A stretch of DNA of 62,344 nucleotides, filler included, from Bipalium vagum (GCA_037834085.1; 3 parts of 3 records of this genome joined end to end with filler, not necessarily neighbours in it), one strand, 5' to 3'; numbered from the whole stretch's first letter, positions 27,460 through 40,351 are shown. A program made the numbers and translations. Notes: generated by a model from the sequence alone, not told the origin.

Positions 27460-28729
27460 TTAGATGTATAACTATGACCTCGGCTTTTTTTTAAATGATA
27501 ATAAAAATTTTGTTTGCATATATATCTAAATTATATTGAATTGATTTATAAACAAATATATATAATTAATAATATCACGAGACACTTGTTTTAATATTCC
27601 TCTTTTAAATATTATAGCGATTCAAAATGTCAATATTCCTCCCAAATAAACAACATTGGCGGGAAGTAATTCTACATTACTTCATTGCCAAGAAAACTGC
27701 AGCGGAAACGTACCGCTTGCTTCGAGATACCTATGGAGAACATGCTCCTTCGATGATCACATGTATAGATTGGTTTTGCCGTTTTAGAAATGGCCAATAT
27801 GATACGAACGACAAGGTGCATGGGAAGCCACAAAAACAATGTGAAGATAGAGATTTGAGAAAACTGTTGGACGAAGACCCATGCCAAACACAATCTGATC
27901 TGGATGTCGCATTAAATATGACTCAACAATGCATTTCAAAACGTCTGGCAGTTTTACGAATTATCCGAAAATTAGGAATTTGGATCCCATATGAATTGAC
28001 AGAAAGATGCCTTGAACGGCGAAGAACAATTTATGATGTCCTTCTTTAGAGACAAAAAAGAAAAGTTTTTTGCATCGAATTATCACAGGAGACGAAAAAT
28101 GGATTCGTTATGACAATTCAAAACGAGAAGCAGCTTGAGTGATGCCAGGTGAACCCGGTCCATCAACACGGAAACAAAATGTTCACGGTTTGAAGATTAT
28201 GTTATGTATCTGGTGGGATCAGATAGGAGTGATCTATTATGAATTTTTAAAATCTTCTCAAACACTAACTGGTGAACTTTATCGATTACAATTAATTTGT
28301 TTGAAGCAAGCTTTGAATGAAAAACAACCGGAATGGGGGACTAGACACGAAAAGATAATTTTACAACATTTTAACGCAAGACCACACATCAATTCAGTTG
28401 TAAATAATTACTTAGAAGGTACAAAGTGGGGAGTCTTACTTCACCCGCCCTATTCACCAGACATCGTCCCTTCGGATTATCATTTGTCCCGCTCTGCACA
28501 ATCTTCACTTTCCGGAGAGCGGTTCAGTTCCCTTGAAGACCTCCAAAATTAAATTGACAGTTGGATTTCACCAAAAAAGCAAGAGTGTTTCTTTCATGAA
28601 TTCATTCGTTACCTGAAAGGTGAGCAAAGCTTCCAATGGAACATATTTTCAATAAATGTTTTATATAAATTTATACTAAATGTCTTTGTTTTCTTATTTA
28701 AAAAGCCGGGGTCATATTGGTACACCTAA
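27460..28729 (+). mobile_element. Full-length but inactivated mariner, Mos1/mauritiana-like (1270 bp)
   Basis: TIRs TTAGATGTATAACTATGACCTCGGCTT / AAGCCGGGGTCATATTGGTACACCTAA are each flanked by TA. The transposase is split over ORFs 27627-28049 and 28139-28552 with WIPYEL, TGDEKW, MLCIWWDQ and YSPDIVPSDY. It has stops and a frameshift, and the second catalytic Asp is replaced (HFNARPH). Confidence 0.96.
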
Positions 28730-30169
28730 TAAAACATTTTTTCTTTCTGATTTTATTGAAAGTATTTTTGGTGTTTTTTATTGCTGATAAGTTGATTACT
28801 TGAAAATTGAGATCCAGTGCTGTTTACAACTGACTTCAGACCAACAGGACTCTGAAAAAATATCGAAAAGCCCAAATTGAAGAGAATAAATAGTAACATA
28901 ATTTTCATTTATTTTATCACTTTTTCTCTTGTTTTACAGGTGATTTGCAAGAGTTATCGATTCATTATAAATTTTACTTTATTAGTATATTATTTGTCGG
29001 GCTGCATTGTAAGATTCTATTGGTAATTAATAAATATTGCATTATATTGTGGGGGGATTATAAACGTTTTTAAACGTATGTGTGTTATTTGAAAGGTTTT
29101 CGGTATATAAACACAACCTTATAGTAAAAAATACAGACTTCGTTGGTTAGATCAATATAAATATTAAGAAAATTAAATGGATAAATCTAAAAAAATTCAT
29201 TATTTTTATAATTTTATTTTTCAATTTACAAAATTTTGTAATAAAATAATCTATCCGGTTGAATTAAGATAATAATTATAATAATAACTATTATTAATAA
29301 TATTGTTGTTTACTGAGACTTTCACGGATGAATTAAACAATCAAATTAAGTTTCTCTTAAATGACTTTTATTCAAAAGATTAAATATTTTGAAATCAAAT
29401 TTATAAATATAATTTATTTATTCACAGAAAATATTATTATATATTTACATATAATGAAATATTATGTATAAATCTAATAAAAATTAATTGTCAAATATCA
29501 GCTAACGATTAAAATTCTTTAAAATTTTCCATAAAATTATATTTTTATTAATTTTTATACAATAATATTATTTTATTTTTGTAGAATAAAAAGGTTATGT
29601 ATAAAGCAAATTTACATATCATCTTTGATCATAGCTCCTCTAAAACTAACAAGGACATGCAATTCCCAATAACGTGCATCGGTGATGACACTTTCTCTTT
29701 GGATCATCAAAGGTTTGATATTAACACAATAAAAAAGTTAAAAATTATTCTCAACAATAGGATTACCATTCCCTACAAGCCGAGTCTATCATTTGTTAAA
29801 ATTAATTTAGACATTGTTAATGAAAACGGAGATATTATTAAATCAGCTCATCATAACGAGCAAATCAGATTACAAGCCTCAATAAAAACTATCGAAAGTT
29901 AGCTTTGTTGTATCTGTAAAATTAATTAGTCTCCTCAACAATCAGATATAATTTGATACAAAAAAATAAGATATTTTCGTTAAAATTAATTTTTTTTAAT
30001 GTCATATTTTGAAAAAATTAACAAACGCGAAAATTATTTTTTGCCGCTGTGTGGTTGTTTTATTATTTTGATATATTAATTTTATTTAATTATATTTTAT
30101 AAATTATATTTTAGCATTATTTAAGAAGCTTTCTGGGTATTTGTTTTGTTATCGGAAATTTAATAATGG

Positions 30170-31747
30170 ATATACAAAAAAATCGAGAGTGTTAGAACAA
30201 TTGTGTAGGAAGAGCAATTACGAATTAATATGGATCAAAACATACCATGTAGCCTTTCAATAATTGAAAGAGTTCCGAAGAAAAACACTTTCCAGACATT
30301 AAAAGAACTTTTATATTAGACCTTGAGGTCAGTTTTTAAGCGATTGGAGCAGTGTTGTCACAGACAGACGATAATGGAAAAGAGAGAGTGATCGATTACG
30401 AATGACATGCAATGAGCAGTCATGAAAAAGGATGCTGCATCACAAGAAAGGAACTATTAGCAATCTTTTGGGGAAAAATTTCTGGTGAGAACAAATCACA
30501 AAGCAATAGAATTCATGTTCAAGACGAAAAAGCGAATAACATCACAATTTCAGACATGGATGAATATCTTAGCAGTGTAGATATAGAGCTTATACAGAAA
30601 ATGAATTGAGCACACGAATGCAGACATGCTATCGAGAAAAACGTGCGGCACATGCTTTCACTGCATGATGATTCATGAAAAGCCAAAGACAGAACAAAGG
30701 AAGACCAGATCAATAAATACGATAAATGAAGAGACAGCATAAATGGCAGAATGATGAAAATGAAATCAATCAGATTAAACAAAATATTGAAAAGAGAATT
30801 GCATCTTATTTCCGCTTGGAAGATGGTCTGGTCAAAACGTTGAAGGAAAAAGATGGATTCCAAAAACCAAGAGCTGAATGTTAGTGATAGATATTCACAG
30901 ATCTCTAACACATGCTGGGACCGAAAAAAATATGCAGCTGATTTTTACGATATGAAAGATCTGAGAGAAACAGCAACAGAAGTTATATAACAATGTGAAA
31001 TCTGTCAGAAGCATAAAGTAGTCACCACAAGAGTGAAAGAAGATACTATAAAATTATCAGCAGATTAGCCATTTGAAAAAAATATATATAGACATATAGA
31101 CAAAGAAACTTATTGAAGCAAACGATACATATTAGCTATTATAGAGCAGGTACATTTCATTAACTGGAAAGATAATAATGAAAAGATGGATCTATAAATA
31201 TGATGCTCCAAATAAAATCCATGCAGACAGTGAAAAGGTCTTTGAATCTAGAGTTTTTAAGACATTAGTCACACAAAGTAAAGCAAAATTCTGATTTTTC
31301 TAGTCCGTATCATCATAGCAGCAACGGCATAATGGAACGACAGTTCCGAATACTACTATGGCTGAGAGAAGAAACAAATGATTGGGAAAATTTTTTGCCA
31401 GAAATTGAATTTGTCTTAAACGCAACATATCAGAAAACGTTAGGATAAAGCCCAGTTAAATTCATATTTGGAAGAAAAATTTACAGAGAGGCTTGGTTCA
31501 GTAATAAAATATCAGAAGAATTAGAAAAAAAACGTTCAAGATAGACCAAGCTAAGCAAAAACAAGAAAAATCGACCTAGGGCAACAAGTACTTGTGAAGG
31601 TCAAAGACAGAAATAAGGACAAAGAAAGATATGAAGGTCCATGGTGAACAGAAAAATTTATGACAGGAGATATGCATTGGAATATAGAAAAGGAAAAACA
31701 ATTGAAAGGAATGTGGAAAAGTTATAAAATTCTTGAGAAGGGGGAAG
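30170..31747 (+). mobile_element. Ty3/gypsy LTR retrotransposon pol relic (RNase H - integrase - PPT)
   Basis: AIGAVLSQ.DDNGKERVI...HEKGCCITRKELLAI (RNase H), H...H...CEICQKHK (integrase zinc finger) and SPYHHSSNGIMERQFR (integrase core) occur in gypsy order. A polypurine tract GAGAAGGGGGAAG is followed by TG at about 31748. Many stops. Confidence 0.9.
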
Positions 31748-32094
31748 TGAGTATTTAAACTTATTTCTAATTTTAAAATTTTTATATTGTGCATAATTTA
31801 AAATTTTAATTAATTTTTAATTTAATTTTAATATTTATTTTTAAAATAATTTTTATTTTGATTTTTAATGGTACAATATATTAATTTATTAAAAAAGGAA
31901 AATGTGTCAAAGTATAATTGTTTTAAAAAGCATTCAAAAAATATTGTTTAAACTATGACTGATTTTATTGATCTCGCATCTAACAAACTTATTACTTATT
32001 TTTATTATTATTGATAATATATTATTTTATTAAACAAAAATTTCATTTTATTTTAATATTAAAATATATTTTTTTGCTAATTTTAATATATTTA

Positions 32095-33111
32095 CTCCAT
32101 ACCATAAAAAACCCGATTTGTTAAAATTAATTATAATAAAATAATACAAATAATATTTACAAAGTTTATTATAACGACATTGACATTTAACCCTTTCTGC
32201 ATTATAATTTCCATTACTATCCAAGATCTGCTTTCAAAAATAGAAGTCAACGTTTCAGGTTAAGTTGATCAGAAATTCTCTTCTAATGATAACATTGGCA
32301 TAACTTCAATCAAGTCATAAAAACTGTCTATCGTTATTGTGCAATCAATTTTGTGTGAGTCACCATTATGATGATTTTTCAAAGAACGGTGGACCTCGAC
32401 ATTTTTCTGAATCTTGCAGATACCGATCAATTCATTAAATCTATTTTCAACATCAGGCTTTGAAATAGCTGTGAGAATCATGATCTTTCATGGATTACTT
32501 TTACTGAGTACAGGCTGTTTTCTTTACGGACTTCTATCATGATATCGCTCCCACGAAAGGCATAAAACTCAAACCACTTCTCATTTATGTCAACATGACC
32601 CTTCCATTGATGATGACAATTCTGTTGATACCATTTTAGTCTCTTCAATTTCTTGTCACTTAACAGGGGGCATGTTCTTATAGAAATAAGTCTCATTCCT
32701 TCTTTGATAATTCTTTGAACAATTGTATGTAGAATCTCAGTCTCCTCAGAAAAGCACATAATGATAGGGGTCTCCGCTCCCGAATGGATTCCACAACTCG
32801 TTGTCATCTGTCAACATGTCCTTCGATATGCTTTCTTCCTGAACCACACTTTCTGTCCAGAGTACCTGTTTCAAAAAGTCTCTCTTAAGTCGTGCGCGTA
32901 ATATTTGTTAACATTGAATGCTTCTCATAGATTTTCAATTGTTTCGTACTGTGTTTGCAATTTTTATGAGAATCCTCTCATAGTTGATTATGATAATTAT
33001 TTTCTTATCATTAGAGAGCGCCATTAATAATCAATATTGCATCAATTACACAAACTAGACATACAAATTCTTTTCTAAAATAAATAAATTTGGATTTTAT
33101 ATTGTATGGAG
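32095..33111 (-). mobile_element. Internally deleted DD39D-like (plant mariner-like/Stowaway-partner type) transposon, 1017 bp
   Basis: TA-flanked TIRs CTCCATACCATAAAAAACCCGATTT / CTCCATACAATATAAAATCCAAATTT. Frameshifted transposase with FETGTLDRKCGSGRK, HVDINEKWF, KVMILTAISKP....FNELIGI.......HRSLKNH..G and a C-terminal ETLTSIF....MEII...G.N. These resemble the DD39D motifs VH.DEKWF and KVMFL.AVARP...FDGKIG...RSSKNR. Confidence 0.75.
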
Positions 33112-34761
33112 TAAGTATATACGTATATCAGATATTTTCAAGAACCAACCAATAATGTAAATTAATTTTGCAGTGACTTTAATAAATTTTAAAATAATAA
33201 ATTTATTGTTAACAAATTAAAAACATTCTTTTTCTCGAATATCTTCTTTCCAAATGGTATTTTATTTAGTTTTTACATTTTTCTATTATAATATAAATAA
33301 TAATAAATTAATTATTCCGGAATCAGTCATTATTAATTATGATAATCAGTATTTTTAAATTGTTAAACTTGACTGAACCATTTTATTATGCATTCTAACA
33401 GGCTCATTTTGGCTCTGAATTCAGATGAAAAGTATTTTAAAAGTTTTCCTAGACTCTGTTTTTAGTTAGACAGAAATCAGGATGTCTCTTTGATTTATGA
33501 TTTTAACTTTTGAAACTTTAATAGAAATTGTTAGAGATTTTTAATTTTTATTGAAATGGCTGTCTGAAGAAACAATACTCGTTTCAAGGGATGATTCCAA
33601 TACAAAGGAAGAAGAGTATTTCTAGAGAAGCTGTTTGTGGAAATGAAAAGAAAATTAAAATGAGGAATTTTAATTATTCTTTTTCGATTTTTTAACTAAA
33701 AATTCTTATCCTTCACGAAATAATAAAAATATAAATAAAATAAAATTTTATTTGTTTTAATTCATTATTGAATATTTTCTATTTGAAAGTATTTTTATTT
33801 ATTTTTATAAACAGATTTGAAAAAATCTTTATCGTTGAAGTACAAATATAGAAAAATGATTAATTATAATATTTAGAATATATATATAATAATTATATTA
33901 TATTTTTAGATGCAAACTATCAGTACTACCTAAGAGCTGAACATTGCTACTTAAGCAACACATCTGAATCTTTAGATCAGTATCAATCATTTGGCGAGAT
34001 AAAGTTTATTTCAAATGGGTAGGTTTCTCAATGAAGAAATTAACTTAATTTAATAGTAATCCGATATTTAAATTATATCTTAAGAAATGGTGTTAATTGT
34101 ATTTAAGTAAAAAAATTTTGTAATCCTTCAGTTAAGCCTCGTAAAATTGGCATGTGTTTGCTGAACGTGTAAAATAAATAATATTTTAATATTTTAATAA
34201 AATCTACATTTAATGTAATAATATATAGTTCAAAGTGTGTCATGGGTAGTAAGACTACAGATAAAGATGGAAAATGTGTAACTGTTTTCTGGAGTGCCCT
34301 TCAAATGAATTCGTTAATATGTGAAAAAACGCTGCAGATGTTAAAGGCATTTGATACTTTAAAATATTTAAACCCGCCTAACTGAATCAAAATATTTTCC
34401 GATTATTTTACGCCTCTTAACTGAAGGATTACCAAAATTTTATTATTGTATTAAAATTAAAGAAAATTATTCTAATCAATATTTTTCATTTTTTAAATAA
34501 AAAAACTTTTTTGATTTTGATAAATTTTTAAAAAGAAACCCAGTCAATTTTATAATTCAACAAAGTCTGTAAAATTTTATTATTACAAGAAATATTTTCA
34601 TAATCCATTTATTTTATATTAAAATTATTAAATTCTAATATATAATAAATAGACTGGTTATAATCTTTTCGACATTTCTTTATTTAATAAATCTTTAACA
34701 ATAGATTGAAACTATTCTTTGGTTATACCATGTTAATGTATAAATATAACTGCAGATAATA

Positions 34762-35053
34762 TTGGGTTGATTCATAATTTGTGCGTTTTTAATGAAAATA
34801 TTTTGCATGTTTTAGAGATATGAATCTAACAATCAAGCACATTCTATTCAGAAAAATTTTATTTTTATCCATGCTTTTTTCTGAATAAGTATATAAACAT
34901 AAACTACATATAACGTAATATAATTAAAAGTATGCGTCTCTTTCTCAGCTTTCAAATAGTGTGAAACTTGTTAATATTTAAACAAATAGTATGCTTAAAA
35001 TTTGTCTATAAATTTAATATAGAAAAAACGCACAAACTTATGAATCAACCAAA
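34762..35053. mobile_element. Mariner-type MITE (292 bp)
   Basis: TA-TTGGGTTGATTCATAATTTGTGCGTTTT ... AAAACGCACAAACTTATGAATCAACCAAA-TA, with a non-coding interior. Confidence 0.88.
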
Positions 35054-36048
35054 TAATTTAATCAATAACAATGATAAAATAAATAAATTATTCTAAGATC
35101 AATAAATCAAAGCTGCTGAAATAAAATAAAGAAATATGAATATAAATAATCGAAATTAAGAAAACTGTTTCATTAAAATATTCAAATTTTGAAATGAATT
35201 TTTTTTTATTTTAATATTGTAAAAATAATTAATTGTGAAAAAAAATTGTGTTCTTACAAAAAGTATATTTCAATAATTCTTGAACAAATACATAAAATTA
35301 TACAATTTTGTTCGGTGGTAAAGGAAATAAATAAATAAATTCATATAACGTATATTGGATTTTGAAAAATGTCATTTATGAAACTCTTGATGTTGAAAGT
35401 AGTCTGTTGGACAATAAACATAATTGATTAAATTAACTGTTTTAGTTGGAGGAAAATTTCATTAATCGAGAAATTTATCTTCCAAATCAAACATCATTTT
35501 CATATAATAAAATTAAATATTTATTTTTATTTTTCTTAAATCTATTTCCCAGGTGTAAATAAAATATCTGAGAGCTGTTTCACTTCACTAAAAAGGTATG
35601 AATTAAACTTTTTATTTTGAATATACCAAAGGTTATTCCAATTTTAATTATAATTAAATTAAAATGTCGAAAAATAAATAATTTTATATCCAATAATTAT
35701 TATTTTTATTATTATTAACACTGCTATATTTTGTAAATCTATAAATAATTTGTAAGTCCTCTGTACAACATTATAAGTTAATAATTAAAGTTAATAAAAA
35801 TTATATTTATTTAATTTAAGTTAAACTTATTTTTTAATTTGAACACCACAACATCCTTTTTAATATATTTTAAAATTTCTCACTTTTCCTTTTCATCTGT
35901 TTTTGAACTAATATGTCAAAATGGATTTTATTTGGACCGTGATGTTTATCATTTTACTTTATCCAATTTTTTTAGATTCACCTTTACCGACTTGACACCA
36001 CTTTCTGTTGAATAGTAGTTTTTTTTTATTTATATCACCCTATATATA

Positions 36049-37100
36049 CGTGGTACGGCTAAAATGTAATAATGAAGATAACAGAATAAATTTTTTATTA
36101 ACTTGTTCAACTGGTCGACCATTCCACTAAAGCTCATTCCAAAGATATGTTGAACCTTCTCATGAAAACTTTACTCACATAATCCTTCATATCCTCCTTT
36201 GAAACAAATTTTTGTCCTCATATATGTTTCTTCAGATGGTTGAGCAACCAGACATCACTTGGTGCCAGATCTAGACTGTAAGGAAAATGATCCACCTGCG
36301 CAAATTCAGCTTTTGCTAATGATTCTTGGGATTTCTTTGATGTGTGAAAAAGAGCGTTATCATAGAGCCAAGAAAGATCCTGATTCCGAGGCTTGCGTTG
36401 GATGGTTTAGGTTTCAAGTAAGAGATTACTGTAGTAATCAGAATTTATGATTTCTTCTGTAGCATCTAGCTTCAAGATGCCTTTTCTTTCTTGACGTGGC
36501 AAACATGGTCAACTTAGGACATTTACGATGCGAAATTCTCAGGTGCAAGACTTTAGATACCTTCTCATTTTAGAAAACCAATTCCTTTGACTTTCTTTTA
36601 AAGTAAGGAATGTAGAGACTCAATGACGTCTCTTTGTAGTTATGATATTCCATTAAAAAAGTCTGTCCAACAACATTCAGAAGACGAAGGTTCCCTGCAC
36701 AGGTCATTTTTGTCTGCCCATCATCTCGGCTGTTAGAAATTTCGGCACGAGCCTGCTCGGACTCCAATTCAATCTAGAAGCAACTGGCTGGTTCTTTTGC
36801 ATATATTTAGCTTCTCAAACATCTGAGCTTGTGTAATTTTTCGTTCCTTTTTTTACATTTTCTTTCAATTTTGTAATAATTTCTTCATTAATTTGGACAG
36901 GTCTTCTACTTTTGGATTATTCATGAACACTTAAAAAATCGCGGATCTAGTTATCACATGGGGCTTCTTCACTGTATACCCATCTCAGCTTATTTATGAT
37001 CTCCTGTGTGGTAGATCACTTCAGAAGTAAAACCAGATCACACTTCGGAATTCTACATTTTCAAAAATTTTTTGATTTTATCATATCTAGTAAAAACAAA
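36049..37100 (-). mobile_element. Degenerate mariner (DD34D) element
   Basis: YSLDLAPSDVWLLNHLKKH..GQKFVSKED (YSPDLAPSD motif) and an N-terminal ENVEFRSVI. The TIR TA-CGTGGTACGGCTAAAATGTA is at 36049; the other TIR is not found. Confidence 0.85.
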
Positions 37101-37699
37101 AATAACTACTAACCAAAACATAATGTATTTTTCTTCAAAATATGACTTTGCATAGGTCGGAGTCATTGTCTTATGACATTCTTGCAACCAAAATTGAGCT
37201 TATATTCGATTTTATGATTACCGTAAAATTTATGAAGCTGTTCAATAATTTATCATTATTCTATTCTTCTAAATATACAATTAGTCTCATTCAGATGCCC
37301 GAGAACAATCAATGGTTTCAACGTTCATTTTCAAGATATACATTCTACGAAAACGTCCATTGTAAGTGATAAATTCTCGGTTTTCCAACAGTTTCACCCT
37401 GAGTCCGTCCAAATTCGATGCATTATTAAAGTCTGTACAGAACAGTCGAGATGTTACCCAGTATATTGATTTTTTGTATAATTAATTAATTAAATTAAAA
37501 AAGATATGTTATTATTACTTAACATATATGTCGTCGTTTTTCATTAATCATTAACCAGCATTATTATTTACAACGCTTTTAATTAAACTCATCAAACATT
37601 TCTGATAAGATAATAAGAAAGTCTTATAATAGACATAAAACTGTTATTAATTATTATTAACTGTGGTTTCGTTATAAAATATGTAAAAGTGGAATTTGC

Positions 37700-38460
37700 T
37701 TACTTGACATTGAAGATAGACTCTTCAATGAAAATCATGTTATATTATTATTATAAAATTTTGTTTAATTATTTATTATATTTAGAAAACTATAAAAAAT
37801 TATTTAAAAAATTATAATTAAGAATATAATTTAAATTGTACATTACCAGAAAATTATGTAAATAAATAAAATAAAATAAATATTTATAATACATAAATAA
37901 ATATATGTAAAAAATGTAATATCTGTACTGGAAATCAAAGATAGACTCTTCAATAAAAATAATATATTTAATTTTTGTTTGTATACATATGTATATATTT
38001 GTATATTTAATATCATCTAATAAATATAATTTAAAAACAAGTTATAATTGAGAATATTATTTAGTTTAAAATTTACATTATCAAAATAATATGTAAATAA
38101 ATAAAATATATAAAATATAATTAAAAATAAAATAAAAATATGTTAAAAAAAACAGCGTGCATACTTGAAATGGAATTTTAAAAAGAATTTAAAAATCATA
38201 CTATATTATTTTAATTTTGTTTATTATATATAAAATTTCTATTAAATATAATTTAAAAACAAATTATAATTGAGAACATTATTATTTAATTTTAATTTTA
38301 CCTTATCAAAAAAATTGTAAATAAATAAAATAAATTAAAATAAAAATATTTTGTAAAAATATAATGCGTACTGGAAATCGAAGATAGATTCTTCAATAAA
38401 AACCACGCTATATTATTTAATTTTAATTTAGCAAAAAAATATGTAAGTTAATAAAATATC
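37700..38460. repeat. AT-rich tandem repeat, unit about 225 bp, about 3.3 copies
   Basis: The anchor AAGATAGA(C/T)TCTTCAAT.AAAA recurs at about 37713, 37938 and 38381, with a diverged copy near 38170. The downstream TTATAATT(A/G)AGAA and ATGTAAATAAATAAAATA motifs recur in register. Confidence 0.85.
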
Positions 38461-39210
38461 TAATTAATAATAAACGTAAATATAGAGGTTATGAGATTTG
38501 CTTAATGTATCAATTAGATTTAAATTTTTTGAGCTGGTTTTTCTGATCCTGTGAAAATAGAATAATGTATAAAAAATGTAAATTCAATTGATGCTATAAG
38601 AGTTTTTTGATTCATTATATCAGAAACGAAATTAATTTTATAGTCTGGCCAAAAATGTTATTAATTTTAGAAATCTGAATCCCATGTAAATAATTTCCCA
38701 TTGACGATTTTTCATTATTATTTTTTCTGATAAAAATCTTAACTTTAAAAAATGTGAAATTTTTTTATTTTTTTTCATCTAAGCCTCAAAATAAATGTCC
38801 TGATAATTATCGGTTTTCTCCAATTTTTCACATTGTCATGTAATTATGGAAATAGAGGCGTATGAATTGACGAAGTCTGAATGGGAAAAGATGCCTCTAA
38901 ATCTACAAGAAGAAGGAAATACCCATTCGACCAGTAATTTTAATACCTTATAATTATGTAAAGTAACAAATTTGATTAAAATAAATTTTTACATTATCTA
39001 AATATTTAAGTAGAAAAAATTAATTAGAGACCTTTAAATTATTTCTCGTGGAAGAATATTCTTTCGTCAGTAAATTAATGTAGACTGTTTAAATATTCGA
39101 GTTGAAAATTATTTGTTTAAATACTTTTGATGGTTATCTTTTATATACTGGAAATTTATAATATCAGTCTTTTATCCTTCATTTTATGTTACACTGAATT
39201 TATATATATA

Positions 39211-39594
39211 CGAGGAAGTGCAAAAGTAGATATACCGTAATAAAAAGAGAAAACACTTCTATTTTGGAGCATTAAAGAGATTAAGTTTTTGAAAACAAGT
39301 TCCGCACTGTTGAAGATTTAATTCAGTTTATTTTGGACGCTTGTCAAGAAATTGAGGCTGATAAAAATCTTTGTTCTAAAAGAATGTGCATGAGTGTGCG
39401 CTTACAATTAGAAGAATGTCTTAACGCTGGTAGCTTTGAAATTTGCGTATTTGAGGGATTAGAACTTCTTATTACAAGTTTTTCTTATTACACGTGCTTC
39501 TAATTTTTTGTTTAGGTGACATTAGTTTATTTGTATAATAAGTGTCATTCATTTTCTCGTTTTTATCACTGTATATCTACTTTTATACTCCCTG
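39211..39594 (+). mobile_element. Internally deleted Tc1/mariner element
   Basis: About 40-bp imperfect TIRs (..AGTGCAAAAGTAGATATACCGTAATAAAAAGAGAAAA versus the reverse complement CAGGGAGTATAAAAGTAGATATACAGTGATAAAAACGAGAAAA), TA-flanked. The interior keeps a transposase C-terminus (RLQLEECLNAGSFE). Confidence 0.85.
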
Positions 39595-39600
39595 TATATA

Positions 39601-40196
39601 CTGGTGGTCACGTGAAATGATTTTGGGATGAAATCCTTTTGTATATGAAACCATTTTTCCTTAAATATCTGTGCATTGTACTTCTTCATACATCTAAATC
39701 ACATTCTTCTGTTAATTTAGTTGCATTTACCTTTTCTTTGTTTTCATTAAAAACACAAATTTTCCGTTTTACGCGCAACTTAGACGTCTTATTTATTTTT
39801 AACTTCGGTCTTCAAATTGCAGTCTGCATCGCGTGCTATATTCAATCTTGTCGCAATGGCCGAATAACTAAGCCCTTCTGCTCTCCATTGAATGGGCAGT
39901 TTTCTTAAAAATATGTTATGCATTATTGAATTAGAATCTAATATACTGTTTAATTAAAAATTATTTAACCTTAGAAAATTACTTAATGAAATTTAAACTT
40001 CCTGTGTCAAAAAATTGACTTTTAAATAAATTCAAAATTTACTAAATATGACTATATTATAAAAACAAGTATATTTAATTAAAAAATTTTAAGATATTTT
40101 AAATACGCATTTCATATCCATAAAAAAATTATAAAATTATTTTGATTAAGCATAGCATATAAAAATATAACTTGTGTCAAAAAAATTGACCATCAG
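39601..40196 (-). mobile_element. Truncated Tc1-like element with internal direct repeat
   Basis: TA-CTGGTGGTCA ... TGACCATCAG-TA termini. TGTGTCAAAAAA(A)TTGAC occurs twice (about 40003 and 40173), like the IR/DR arrangement of Tc1 ends. A decayed HTH-like peptide lies on the minus strand. Confidence 0.65.
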
Positions 40197-40351
40197 TATA
40201 TATTAGGTTGTCTAATAAATTCGTGCCGTTTTTAAAATGCAAAATTTTTATTTATAACATATATACAGGGTGCGCAAAAGTCCCTTCCTACCCATTTAAT
40301 TAAAATAGAAGTCAAAACGTAATACATAAATAAAAAATTTTATTAATACAA

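Noticed and set aside
32246-32275. Hammerhead-like AACCTGAAACGTT on the minus strand
   Set aside because: It has no proper CUGANGA/stem II, and it is explained as the transposase C-terminal coding remnant (PETLTSIF).
38847-38950. MEIEAYELTKSEWEKMP resembling a bacterial IS5 transposase N-terminus
   Set aside because: Only about 35 codons, with no downstream DDE region or inverted repeats; indistinguishable from chance.
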